Shown here piece by piece: positions 40,960-51,113 of a stretch of DNA of 61,767 nt (its first letter is position 1; the number at the start of each line of letters is the position of its first letter). Both the position numbers and the translations under genes were made by a program. This DNA is from Rubripirellula sp. (GTDB lineage: Bacteria; Planctomycetota; Planctomycetia; Pirellulales; Pirellulaceae), in assembly GCA_016779185.1 (NCBI GenBank), contig JADHOA010000001.1:1-61767 (forward strand), read 5' to 3'. Under the pieces are notes generated by a model. It saw nothing but the letters and a program-made list of their open reading frames with translations, searched no databases and was not told the origin of the DNA.

Positions 40960-43785
40960 TCAGAGTTGGGATCGCATAAAATCCTTTGCGACTTCGAGAG
41001 CCGTCGGTAACTTCGAGGCATCTTTTCCGCCGGCTTGAGCCATATCCGGCCGACCTCCACCGCCGCCTCCCACGATCTTTGCCGCTTCGCCCACCCAATT
41101 ACCGGCGTGGCAACCCTGCTTTACCAATTCGCGACTCACTCCAGCAACCAAAACAATGCGTTCACCTTGCGCCGAGGCAAAAAAGATTGCCGTCTCCCCG
41201 CTCGACTGTTTTCGAATTTGGTCGATCCAGCCCCTCATCACGTTGGGGTTCGCCCCCGGTGTTTCAGCAACGAGTAAAGTTGTATGTCCCACCACCTCGG
41301 CTTGTGCCATCAATTCATCAATTGAAATCTTTCCACCCGCAGTCGCTTTTCGAATTTCTTCGACCAGTTTCTGATGATCTTCGAGCATTGCCTTGAGACG
41401 CGAGCAAACATCATCGATGGAAACATTCAAACGACGCGTCAATTCCCGAACAGCATTTCGAACAGCATAGTAATCGGCGAGATCGACGGGTTCGCCGGAT
41501 TTGGAATAGGTAAAACCTTCCCGATGTTCACCGGATTTTCCGGCCGCAAGCTCTTTCTTCAGTACTCGCACATTCTCCATCAATTCAATTGCAGCTCCGA
41601 GAGCATGACTGGTTTCGCACTGAAGAATCTCCGCAACCGTCGTTAACAGATTTCGTGTTTGCTCACGATGCTCCATTGCACGAGCACCTGTCAACGCTTC
41701 AATTCTCCGTGTCCCCGTTGAAACACTCTCTTCCACGACAATCTCGAATGACTGAACCTCTCGCGTATTATGCAAGTGTGTTCCACCGCAAAGTTCACGA
41801 CTAAATTCACCCATCGACACCATTCGGCAAGGGTCAGGATACTTTTCACCGAAAAGCATCATTGCCCCCACTTTCCGAGCTGTTTCAAGTGGCACGGTGT
41901 CCCACACAATTTCGTCAGCAGATTCGATAAGCTTACGTACATCCTCTTCTATGGCGACCAAGGTTTCATCTGGAATCGCCTTTGGATTATTGAAATCGAA
42001 TCGCAACCTATCGGCTTCAACTTTACTTCCCTGCTGTTCAGCATGCCTGCCAACGTGCTCGTGCAATGCGTGGTGCAAAAGATGTGTCGCCGAATGCGCA
42101 CGTGCCAGTGCTAAACGCCGTTCCGAATCAACCTCCGCAATACATTTTTCACCGGCGTGAATTTCACCGCGAACTAATTTCCCTGAATGCACGATTAATG
42201 CCGCGTGCTTCTGAGTATCGATCACCTCAAACTCAAATGCTTCAGAAAAAATCCGGCCCGTGTCTCCGACTTGCCCACCGGACTCTCCGTAAAATGGCGA
42301 TTGAGAAAGAACTAATCGCAGTGGATTGTCACCGGGTCGATCAAGATGGCTCAAGAGTTGCCCTTCTTCGTCTCCCTTCTCGCCCGATCCGGTAATAATC
42401 CCCTTAATTTCCACCTCTGCCGAGATTGACTCGTAGCCAATGAATGGTGTCTCTCTCAATGCTTCCTTCAGAGTCTCTAGGGGCCCCGTTTGAAACAACT
42501 CCCGCTGTCCCGCACCGCTATCGATGGCATGCTGATCCATTGCTTTTCGGTAGCCATGCCAATCAAAGGTTAAATTCTGCTCGGCACTAAGTGTTTGCAG
42601 TAGTTCTGGGGGTACCCCATAGGTCGAATTCAACTCTGCTGCTGCTTCACCCGGTACCATCACAGCAGACTCTTCCCGCATCTGCTCGAAAAGTTGAGCG
42701 ATGCGTTTCATTCCACCATCGATGGTCGAGAAAAATGCCCTTTCTTCAGACTCAATCACTTCAGCAACACGTTTAGTCGTCTGTTGTAATTCGGGATAAG
42801 GCACCTTGGATGCATCCGCAACCGCCTCAACCAACTTGTACAAAAAGGGCTCTCGTAAATTCATCTGATAACCGTCTAAGACGGCTCGGCGAATCAATCG
42901 CTTGATGACGTACCTGGCGTCTTTGGGTCCTGGGTAAACATTTTCATGGATGGTAAAGACGCAAGCTCGTGCATGATCCGTGATGCGACGAAGTCGTCGA
43001 CCATTATCACTTTCATACTCATACTTTTGCCCTGTTACCTCCGATGCAGCCATCACGATTGGAAAGAGGTTATCGATGTGATAATTGGTTGGAACACCCT
43101 GAAGCACACTTGCCGTGCGTTCCAAACCCATACCAGTGTCGATATTCTTGCTCGGCAGTGGGTGTAAATTCTGTGGAGGCTCTCCAACGCGATTAAACTG
43201 CGTGAATACAAGATTCCAAATTTCTACATCACTACCATCTTCTAGGTGATAGTAAATCTCGCTACACGGCCCACAAACACCGTCAGGCCCCTGACTCGGG
43301 GCGGATGCAGGCCAAAAGTTTTCGTCCTCGTCCATGCGAGCAATGCGAGAGCTGGACAAGCCTATTTTATCCTGCCAAATCCCATACGCTTCATCGTCAT
43401 CTTTATAGACAGTGACACTGAGTCGATCCTTGGGAATGGCTAACCATTTTTTATCAGTCAGAAACTCCCAAGCCCAAGCAATCGCTTCCTCCTTGAAGTA
43501 ATCCCCAAAACTGAAATTCCCCAGCATTTCGAAAAATGTATGGTGAAAAGCTGTTCGGCCAACGTTATCGATGTCCCCTGTACGCAGACACTTCTGGCAT
43601 GTGGTCGCCTTGGTGAAATCCAGCTTCACTTTTCCCAAAAAGTGATCTTTAAATTGATTCATCCCCGCCGGCGTAAATAGCACCGAGGGGTCCCAACTTG
43701 GCACTAGCACATCGCTTGGACGCCGAACGCATCCTTTGGTACCAAAAAAATCCAGATACTTCTCGCGTAGCTCGTCAGTTTTCAT
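40960..43785 (-). CDS. alaS: Alanine--tRNA ligase
   Basis: DPSVLFTPAGMNQFK, HHTFFEMLGNFSFGDYFK, IDTGMGLER, FYGESGGQVGD, HSATHLLH, ELCGGTH, GGGGGRPDMAQAGG. Confidence 0.98.
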   Translation of the reverse strand: MKTDELREKYLDFFGTKGCVRRPSDVLVPSWDPSVLFTPAGMNQFKDHFLGKVKLDFTKATTCQKCLRTGDIDNVGRTAFHHTFFEMLGNFSFGDYFKEEAIAWAWEFLTDKKWLAIPKDRLSVTVYKDDDEAYGIWQDKIGLSSSRIARMDEDENFWPASAPSQGPDGVCGPCSEIYYHLEDGSDVEIWNLVFTQFNRVGEPPQNLHPLPSKNIDTGMGLERTASVLQGVPTNYHIDNLFPIVMAASEVTGQKYEYESDNGRRLRRITDHARACVFTIHENVYPGPKDARYVIKRLIRRAVLDGYQMNLREPFLYKLVEAVADASKVPYPELQQTTKRVAEVIESEERAFFSTIDGGMKRIAQLFEQMREESAVMVPGEAAAELNSTYGVPPELLQTLSAEQNLTFDWHGYRKAMDQHAIDSGAGQRELFQTGPLETLKEALRETPFIGYESISAEVEIKGIITGSGEKGDEEGQLLSHLDRPGDNPLRLVLSQSPFYGESGGQVGDTGRIFSEAFEFEVIDTQKHAALIVHSGKLVRGEIHAGEKCIAEVDSERRLALARAHSATHLLHHALHEHVGRHAEQQGSKVEADRLRFDFNNPKAIPDETLVAIEEDVRKLIESADEIVWDTVPLETARKVGAMMLFGEKYPDPCRMVSMGEFSRELCGGTHLHNTREVQSFEIVVEESVSTGTRRIEALTGARAMEHREQTRNLLTTVAEILQCETSHALGAAIELMENVRVLKKELAAGKSGEHREGFTYSKSGEPVDLADYYAVRNAVRELTRRLNVSIDDVCSRLKAMLEDHQKLVEEIRKATAGGKISIDELMAQAEVVGHTTLLVAETPGANPNVMRGWIDQIRKQSSGETAIFFASAQGERIVLVAGVSRELVKQGCHAGNWVGEAAKIVGGGGGGRPDMAQAGGKDASKLPTALEVAKDFMRSQL

Positions 43786-44241
43786 CGTCGTAGTTCTGCT
43801 TGGCGATGTCGAATTGTTTCAGAGTTGTCTTATGCTACCAACGCTTCAAAGGGATGTCGCTTGGACCATCATTTACATTGGCCGGTGAGCAAATGGGTAA
43901 CACAGAATGCCTGACACCTAATGGCATTCACCCGACCAAGATCATATCTAAATCGGAGCAAAGTTCAGAAGGCCTGAACCAACCTCATTCTCAAGACGAT
44001 CAAAAAATGTGAAATAAAAACCGGATTCCGTGCGATTAATTCCCAAAACCTCTCGCCAAATGACAAATCGCTCAGCTTTAACCGGTTCACAACACCCACG
44101 ACTACGACTTAGGCAACCGACGATTCATTGCCCCATTGTTCGTTGGTAATATGCAAGACTATCGGTCTCTCCTGCAATCAACCGAACCCTTCCAAGCTCT
44201 TGCGACTTTCTTGGTCAAGCACTCTCCTGAAGAAATTTTCA

Positions 44242-47200
44242 ATGTTTGAAACTGCCGTGTACTATCCGTCAAAATACCGCAAGATGATTACGTTCGTGCT
44301 GACTTCGCTCACGTTCCTTCCCGTTTTTGGTCAACAACAAAAACCCAGCAAAAAGGCACAAGACGAAAAAGAAAGTCGTGACGCCAAGCACCTACAACTC
44401 GAATTCAATTCAGTGGAAGATCCAACATACGCCAAGTTTGGCATCTATGGACAATCGGCACCCAGACCTTCGTCAGTCCAATCGATTAGCACTCGTCTGC
44501 CACTCGAATTAGAACCGAACACTCGAATTGCTTTGATTGGAAACACCCTCCTAGATCGCTCAATACACTTCGGTCATATCGAATCACTCATCTATCAACG
44601 TTACCCCAAGCACGACCTTGTAATTCGTAATTTGTCTTGGTCTGCAGACACCATTGACTTGCGGCCAAGGCCGGAAAACTTCGCGGATGTCTTTCAACAT
44701 CTTCATCATGAAAAAATTGATGTCATCATTGCTGCGTTTGGTTTCAATGAATCATTTGCGGGGCCCGACGGCCTTGATACCTTTCAAAGTCAATTAACAA
44801 GCTTCGTGGAGGAACTTGGATCAAAGGCTTTCAACGGAAAAAGTGCCGCGCAAATCATTTTGATATCGCCTATCGCGAATGAAGATATTCCAAACATCCC
44901 GGCCGGGTCACTCAATAATACGAATCTTGAACTCTATACCGAAGCAATGCGAGTGGTGGCAGAAGCAAAGGCAATTGGATTTATTGATGCCTATCACGCG
45001 ACAGAACCACTTCTTGCTGACCCAAAAAATCAACTAACGATCAACGGAATTCATCTCAATGAACGCGGTTATGAGGCATTTTCCAAGCAGTTATACAGAG
45101 GACTTTTTCAAGAAACCCCACCAAGTATTAACGATCATATTCGAAAATTGAATGTCGATAAAAACCAGCAATACTTTCGAAGGTACCGGCCTCTCAACAC
45201 ATTCTATTACACCGGTGGACGTCGCAAAGATTATGGATATCTAGACTTTCTACCTGCGATGCAAAGCTTTGAAACCATGGTGGAAAATCGGGAACGAGCG
45301 ATTTGGCAATCGCTAACTGGCGTTGCAACACCTGTTAACGATGAAAATGTCGAGCCATTGCCCGAATCCAAAACAAGTCGTGGTGCAAATCAATGGCTGT
45401 CCGCGGCCGATGAAAAAAACGCGTTTGAAATTGATCCACGGTTCGAGGTCAATCTATTTGCTGGAGAAGAAGAATTCCCAGAAATCGCTTGTCCAATACA
45501 AATGCGTTGGGATTCGCGAGGGCGGCTCTGGGTCGCTTGCTCAACTACCTACCCACATGTTTATCCGGGCAATGTACCCAACGATAAAATTGTCATCTTG
45601 GAAGACACCGACGATGATGGCAAAGCAGACAAATCAATCGTCTACGCAGACGATCTTCACATTCCTTTATCGTTTGAATTCGGTAACGGTGGTGTGTACG
45701 TGTCGGAAATGCCAGATCTCACCTTTTTGAAGGATACCAATGGTGACGATAAGGCTGATGTGCGAGAGCGAATTCTAACCGGTTTTGGTACCGAGGATTC
45801 TCACCACGCATTACACGATTTTGTCTGGACACCCGATGGGGATCTTCTATTTAGGGAATCGATTTTTCATCACTCACAAGTCGAAACACCCTACGGACCG
45901 GTTCGTCAACAAAACAGTGGTTGGTTTCGCTTCAACCCTAAAACACACCGCCTGACCAGCTTCGGTACTTACCGAAGCACGAATCCGTGGGGAGTAACGT
46001 TTGATGATTGGGGACAGCATGTGGCAAGTCATCCAATTTATGCGGCAGCTTTCCACGCTCTTGACCCACCCTACCCTCTTCAACATCCGGCTCCAAACGG
46101 CTTACAAGCCTACTCGGGAACATGCGGCCAAGAATTCGTCGACTTTCAGACTTTTCCAAAGTCGATGTTAGGTGACTTTATCAAAGTTCGATATAAGCCA
46201 ACCAATCGAGTAGAAATCCTGCACTGGAATGAGGGAGAATTTGGTTATCAGGAAGAATACGTCAGCGATTTGATCTTCTCGACTAACTTGAGTTTCATTC
46301 CCGTCGATATTGGATTTGGACCACGCGGCGCACTGTACATCTGCGATTGGTACAACCCGATTAAGGGACATGCACAATATTCACTACGCGATGACCGACG
46401 AGACCGACACTCTGGACGCATCTGGCGAATCACGACCAAGAATGTACCTCTTCAAGATTCTCCAAAAATCGCTGACGCTTCGATCACTGAATTGCTGGAC
46501 CTTCTTAAGCGTCCAGAATATCGGCTGCGTTACTGGGCCAAACGAGAACTGCGTGATCGAGATCCAGAAAAGGTAGTTGCTGCTCTAAGTCGATGGGTAG
46601 AACAACTGTCACGAGACGATAGCCGCTTTCGGCATCATCAACTTGAAGCAGTTTGGCTTTCTAGCGGTATTGACTCACCAAGGATCGATTTGGTTCGTGA
46701 ATTAATCACCTGTGAAGATCATCACGCTAGGGCAGCAGCAACTCGTCAACTGCGGTTCCAACATTCAAACATGCTCGATGCAAATGAACTACTGAGAATC
46801 TCGGCAAATGACTCCAACGGCATTGTTCGTATGGAAGCCGTCATCGCTTCTACCTACATGGGTACTCAAGATGCGCTCGATTCCATGCTTGATGTGATGA
46901 AGTACCCAAGAGCCGGTCACTTACAATACGCAATCCAGTGTGCATTAGGATCGGAGGCGCTTAGAAAACACTGGGAGAATGATCCACGGTACCAAATTGA
47001 TTCGATTCTAAAACATGCAAGTAGTGATTCCGGGCTCAATGAACCTAGACCCAACTCTGCGGAATCCAAGTTTGATATGCAGCCCAAATTGAAAACAGTT
47101 CCCATCAGTTGCATCCCGGAACGAATGCGATTTACCGTTGAGCAGTTCGCGGTAAAAGCCGGCCAGCCAGTCAAAATCATCTTCACGAATCCAGACGCGA

Positions 47201-48051
47201 CTGATCACAACCTCTTAATCGCTAAACCAGGATCACTCGGTGATATTGGAATGGCTGCCAACGAAATGGCCAAAGACCCTAAAAATGCCAACTCCGATTT
47301 CATTCCAACTGACTTAACGGACTTGATCTTCCAGGCCACGCCAATGATTGGACCGACTCGCAACGCCAAAGTACATGTGCTTCGATTTGAGGCACCTCAT
47401 AAAGTCGGTATCTATCCTTACCTTTGCACTTTTCCTGGTCACTGGGTCGTCATGCGTGGCGAGATGATCGTCGTCGATGACCTAAATGACGTTGATTCGA
47501 TATTGGCCGATGCTGCACCTAAAGTGATCAATCAATGGACGATGGATGATTTCCCTACCCTCAATACTAATCACAAAGAGTCTACGATCATGTATGGCAT
47601 GCAAGCCTTTATGAAAGCGGGTTGCAATCAATGCCACAAACTTGCGGGTCATGGTGTGAACTTAGGACCCGACCTCACAAAAATTCATCAACGATTAAAA
47701 GGAAGAGAGCTTTTGCAGCAGATTCTAGAACCCTCCTCGCTGATACATCCAGAGTATCAAACATGGAAATTCCTGACTTCAGATGGGCAAGCTATCACGG
47801 GGATGGTGAAGCGCGAAACCAAGGACGTAATTGAATTAGTCACCAACCTGCTAACGCCTGATTCGACGATCACCATTCAAAAAAGCGAGATCGAGCTGCG
47901 ACTAGAATCGAAGATATCTTCGATGCCGAATGGAATCGTGAATGTTCTCACTAAAGATGAAATTCTTGCGTTAGTGGGCTTTCTAGAATCAGACGGCTAT
48001 CAATTACCTCTACATCTGCTCGATCGGCATGGCCATCAGCACTCAAAATAA
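44242..48051 (+). CDS. PVC-type heme-binding CxxCH protein with SGNH-like, beta-propeller, HEAT-like, cupredoxin and cytochrome c domains
   Basis: SGNH-like (IGNT, FGFNES, NGIHLN); propeller (WDSRGRLWV, DTDDDGKAD, GFGTEDSHH, NPWG, FIPVDIGFGPRGALYICDWYN); azurin-like DHN...YLCTFPGHWVVM; CNQCH...GPDLT...SSMP. Start ATG 44242 or 44284; the ORF track starts at 44128. Confidence 0.88.
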   Translation: MFETAVYYPSKYRKMITFVLTSLTFLPVFGQQQKPSKKAQDEKESRDAKHLQLEFNSVEDPTYAKFGIYGQSAPRPSSVQSISTRLPLELEPNTRIALIGNTLLDRSIHFGHIESLIYQRYPKHDLVIRNLSWSADTIDLRPRPENFADVFQHLHHEKIDVIIAAFGFNESFAGPDGLDTFQSQLTSFVEELGSKAFNGKSAAQIILISPIANEDIPNIPAGSLNNTNLELYTEAMRVVAEAKAIGFIDAYHATEPLLADPKNQLTINGIHLNERGYEAFSKQLYRGLFQETPPSINDHIRKLNVDKNQQYFRRYRPLNTFYYTGGRRKDYGYLDFLPAMQSFETMVENRERAIWQSLTGVATPVNDENVEPLPESKTSRGANQWLSAADEKNAFEIDPRFEVNLFAGEEEFPEIACPIQMRWDSRGRLWVACSTTYPHVYPGNVPNDKIVILEDTDDDGKADKSIVYADDLHIPLSFEFGNGGVYVSEMPDLTFLKDTNGDDKADVRERILTGFGTEDSHHALHDFVWTPDGDLLFRESIFHHSQVETPYGPVRQQNSGWFRFNPKTHRLTSFGTYRSTNPWGVTFDDWGQHVASHPIYAAAFHALDPPYPLQHPAPNGLQAYSGTCGQEFVDFQTFPKSMLGDFIKVRYKPTNRVEILHWNEGEFGYQEEYVSDLIFSTNLSFIPVDIGFGPRGALYICDWYNPIKGHAQYSLRDDRRDRHSGRIWRITTKNVPLQDSPKIADASITELLDLLKRPEYRLRYWAKRELRDRDPEKVVAALSRWVEQLSRDDSRFRHHQLEAVWLSSGIDSPRIDLVRELITCEDHHARAAATRQLRFQHSNMLDANELLRISANDSNGIVRMEAVIASTYMGTQDALDSMLDVMKYPRAGHLQYAIQCALGSEALRKHWENDPRYQIDSILKHASSDSGLNEPRPNSAESKFDMQPKLKTVPISCIPERMRFTVEQFAVKAGQPVKIIFTNPDATDHNLLIAKPGSLGDIGMAANEMAKDPKNANSDFIPTDLTDLIFQATPMIGPTRNAKVHVLRFEAPHKVGIYPYLCTFPGHWVVMRGEMIVVDDLNDVDSILADAAPKVINQWTMDDFPTLNTNHKESTIMYGMQAFMKAGCNQCHKLAGHGVNLGPDLTKIHQRLKGRELLQQILEPSSLIHPEYQTWKFLTSDGQAITGMVKRETKDVIELVTNLLTPDSTITIQKSEIELRLESKISSMPNGIVNVLTKDEILALVGFLESDGYQLPLHLLDRHGHQHSK

Positions 48052-48068
48052 ACACGAGGGATTATCTG

Positions 48069-48548
48069 ATGAGCAACAAGATCCAATCACCCATTATCCG
48101 TATGCTGCTCGCGGGAGGTATCTTCATCCTGCTGTGTTGGGCAATACTCGGTACCGGTTTGTTCTGGATCTACGGAACCGAAACAAACCATACGAGTAGA
48201 GACACCATTTGGTGGTCGGAGAGAGGGCGAAGCCTCATTCCTCCTGAAGCGACAAACATTACTCTTCAGCAAGACTTTCTCGACCACTATGCAACCTACA
48301 CCATCACCGAAAAAGACTTGAATCAGTTTCTAAATACACGATTCGCTGATGATGGAGAGGTATTGGACTCGTTCAAAGAAAGAAGCCATGTGAGCGAGAG
48401 TGAAATTGGTCGGTCCATTGGCAGATTAGGCTGGACAATTACGTCGTCCACAGTGGTTTACTCGTACTGTGCGAGCAACGGTGGGTTGCACTCTTATTAT
48501 CACGACCCTGAAACTGGTCAGACGTACCAAAGCTCCGCATACTGGTGA
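48069..48548 (+). CDS. Hypothetical membrane-anchored protein
   Basis: 159-aa ORF 17 nt after the upstream stop, with a GAGGG SD-like element, an N-terminal TM helix and a soluble domain (LIPPEATNI). Confidence 0.7.
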   Translation: MSNKIQSPIIRMLLAGGIFILLCWAILGTGLFWIYGTETNHTSRDTIWWSERGRSLIPPEATNITLQQDFLDHYATYTITEKDLNQFLNTRFADDGEVLDSFKERSHVSESEIGRSIGRLGWTITSSTVVYSYCASNGGLHSYYHDPETGQTYQSSAYW

Positions 48549-48576
48549 GTAAAAATGATCAGTCTCTGATCTGCGT

Positions 48577-49173
48577 TTATTCATCCACGTCAGTCCATTG
48601 AGACCGGATTAAAATCACTTTCCTTCGGACCGATTCTTCGACGCAGCCAAGAAGACCTGCAATCTCCTTGTTCGAGTAGCCCTCCATTTTCCAAATCGCT
48701 ACTTGCCGCAAATCAGAACGCAAAGAGGTAAGTCGCTCACGGCACACCAACCCAAATTCTTCGGAAAAATCCGATGAAGGATCTGGTAATTCATTCAACC
48801 GATCTCGATTCTCTTCAAGAAAAAACGAATGCCCGCGAACTTGCCCTCCACCACGCTTCTGCCTTCGTTGGTATTTAATTTGATCGGAAACTTTATTGTC
48901 GGCGATCGTCACGAGCACACGCCATAAGCCTTCTCGGTCGGTAATTTCTTGTAAGGCACCTTTTTCCAGAGCCCGAAAGAAAGCTTGGAATGCGTCGACC
49001 ACGACATCTTCCTCATCGAGCACTCGACGGCCATGATTTGGTAGTCGCGCGTTCGCAAGCCGAACCAACCGCTCGTAGTACCGTTGCCATAATTGTTGAA
49101 AACTATTTTCATCACCGGTACGCGCCAAATCGAGCCATTCAGTTATGGAAATCGGCTGATCTGATCCACCCAT
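48577..49173 (-). CDS. ECF-type sigma-70 factor (planctomycete, kinase-associated type)
   Basis: SITEWL...GDE...LWQRYYERLVRLA, DEEDVV, RQKRGGG, and region 4 EGYSNKEIAGLLGC. Confidence 0.9.
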   Translation of the reverse strand: MGGSDQPISITEWLDLARTGDENSFQQLWQRYYERLVRLANARLPNHGRRVLDEEDVVVDAFQAFFRALEKGALQEITDREGLWRVLVTIADNKVSDQIKYQRRQKRGGGQVRGHSFFLEENRDRLNELPDPSSDFSEEFGLVCRERLTSLRSDLRQVAIWKMEGYSNKEIAGLLGCVEESVRRKVILIRSQWTDVDE

Positions 49174-49290
49174 CTCCGTTATCCTTTTTCATCTCGTGCG
49201 TTGAGTGAGTCGTGTCGTCACATGTATCCTACCAAATGTGTGGTATGATCAATGCGATCATATTGCTGACCCCTCGGTAAAGAGTTTGGT

Positions 49291-50997
49291 ATGAGAAAAT
49301 ACCTACCAGATGACGAAATCGATCAGCTATGTGATGAATTCGAAGCAGCCTTAACAAATCAAGAAAATCCCTCGATTGAATTGTATTTGGAGCGGATTGA
49401 TCAGGAGCGTCAATCGATCCTGCTCTATTGGATCTTGACGGTTTATCTTCCATTCTTAAGACCCGACGATTGTCGGATCGATGAAACGGTTAATACTTTA
49501 AAGTCCAAATACAGGCACCTACGCAGTGTTGTGAGTGATGCAGCCGAGGCTTGTGGCTTGAAGCCAAACGAACTGCCTTCTATTCCCGGTTATCGAGTAG
49601 ATTCACTCGTCAGTCAGGGTGGTCAAGGTGCTGTCTATCAAGCAATACAGCATCGCACTGGTCAGAAGGTGGCGATCAAATTGGTTTCAATGAATCAACT
49701 TGATAAAGTCTCTCAAGATCATCAACATCGCCTCCTCGCACGGCTTGAAAAAGAGATTCGCACCACAGCAAGTCTCAACCATCCAAACATCGTGAAAATT
49801 TTTGACGCAGGTGAATGCGAGGCCGGATTCTATTTCGTTATGCAGTGGATTAGCGGTGGCAGTCTTGCGGATCATCTGCCCGTAAGCCAAACCGAAGCAA
49901 CAAAGATCATAAGAGGTATCGCCGGAGCGCTTGCGGCGGCTCATGAATATGGTGTACTTCACCTAGATGTTAAGCCAGCAAATATCTTGATAGACGGAGT
50001 CTCCAAGGAGCCATTGTTGGCTGATTTTGGATTGGCACGGTTGGCGCAAGATGCATCAATTGACAATCCAATCGCTGGCACTCTGGGATATATGTCTCCT
50101 GAACAAGCAATGGGCGCACGCTTGGATTCAAGAACTGACATCTACGGTCTCGGTGCAACCTTTTATGAGTTACTAACATCAAAAAAACCTTACAAGCACG
50201 TTTCTTTACCCTATACAGAAAATCAACGCGAACAGTGGATCCCGACACCACCACGCGAAATCCGGCGTGATACCAATACAACACTGAATCATATTTGCAT
50301 GAAGTGTTTGGCTTTTGATCCAAACGATCGCTTCTCTACCTGTAGCGAACTTGCAGCGAAACTGGATCAATTCTCTTTAACGGAAGACGGACGCCGAGTC
50401 GCTCGAATTAGTGCAAGAACTTTATGGGTTAGCCCACTATTTTTGCTACTCAATTTACTCGTGGTCATTCAGATACAACTTGGCTGGGCCAGCCAAGCAG
50501 TTCTAGAACCCCTGATATGGTTCACGATGTTTTCGATGTATCTCTTTGTCTTCTTCGTTCTGGGTTCTGTTAGCCAATTTGACAAACATTCACCTGAACA
50601 TTTGGCAATCGAGAGCTTATGGGCGGTGTGGATTGCAAAGTTCCTGGCTGCACTAACGATCGCCGGATCATTGCGTTTAGTAAGCCCAGCCAAAGACGCA
50701 ATCTTGATGTGTTATCCAATGTTTTCCGCACTTACCGGATTTGTCTTAGCCACAATGGCGCCTAGATATTGGCGATCCATGTACGCGTTCGCGGTTATTG
50801 CGTGGGGTTCATCTCTATTCCTGATGTGGACGATTATGCAGGGGCACATTACGGCCCCCGGTATTTATGGGGGTATAGCAACCATTTTGACCGTGATTTG
50901 GGGAATAAAACTGCAAAAACTTGCCGGGGAACAGCAGAGTCCAGCAACGCCGGAAAACGGATCTAAGACCACAGAAGTCGTGACAACGATCAGCTAA
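49291..50997 (+). CDS. Serine/threonine protein kinase with a polytopic C-terminal membrane domain
   Basis: IDQLCDEFE N-terminal motif, QGGQGAVY, VAIK, HPNIV, HLDVKPANI, DFGLA, GTLGYMSPEQ, and about 5-6 TM helices. Confidence 0.92.
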   Translation: MRKYLPDDEIDQLCDEFEAALTNQENPSIELYLERIDQERQSILLYWILTVYLPFLRPDDCRIDETVNTLKSKYRHLRSVVSDAAEACGLKPNELPSIPGYRVDSLVSQGGQGAVYQAIQHRTGQKVAIKLVSMNQLDKVSQDHQHRLLARLEKEIRTTASLNHPNIVKIFDAGECEAGFYFVMQWISGGSLADHLPVSQTEATKIIRGIAGALAAAHEYGVLHLDVKPANILIDGVSKEPLLADFGLARLAQDASIDNPIAGTLGYMSPEQAMGARLDSRTDIYGLGATFYELLTSKKPYKHVSLPYTENQREQWIPTPPREIRRDTNTTLNHICMKCLAFDPNDRFSTCSELAAKLDQFSLTEDGRRVARISARTLWVSPLFLLLNLLVVIQIQLGWASQAVLEPLIWFTMFSMYLFVFFVLGSVSQFDKHSPEHLAIESLWAVWIAKFLAALTIAGSLRLVSPAKDAILMCYPMFSALTGFVLATMAPRYWRSMYAFAVIAWGSSLFLMWTIMQGHITAPGIYGGIATILTVIWGIKLQKLAGEQQSPATPENGSKTTEVVTTIS

Positions 50998-51113
50998 CCA
51001 AACCGGATCCCAACTAAATACCCAATTAATGAATTTCCGTGTTGGGTTAACTTGCTGGTTGTCGTTTATGAGTTTTAAGTACGATGAAACCATAAATAGA
51101 CCGGAGCGGATCT

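Noticed and set aside
40560-40960. Fragments resembling Moco (GCCTCCC.GTAT) and c-di-AMP/ydaO (GCTGAAT, CCGTCAGCTAA, GAACC..TTGGG..GTGAATC) riboswitches
   Set aside because: The matches are partial, the ydaO-like pieces fall on opposite strands, and the gene context does not fit.
40375-41098. ORFs 40392-40721(-), 40739-41098(-), 40375-40620(+) and 40617-40799(+)
   Set aside because: No recognisable protein features. They run through the terminator and hairpins or overlap alaS out of frame.
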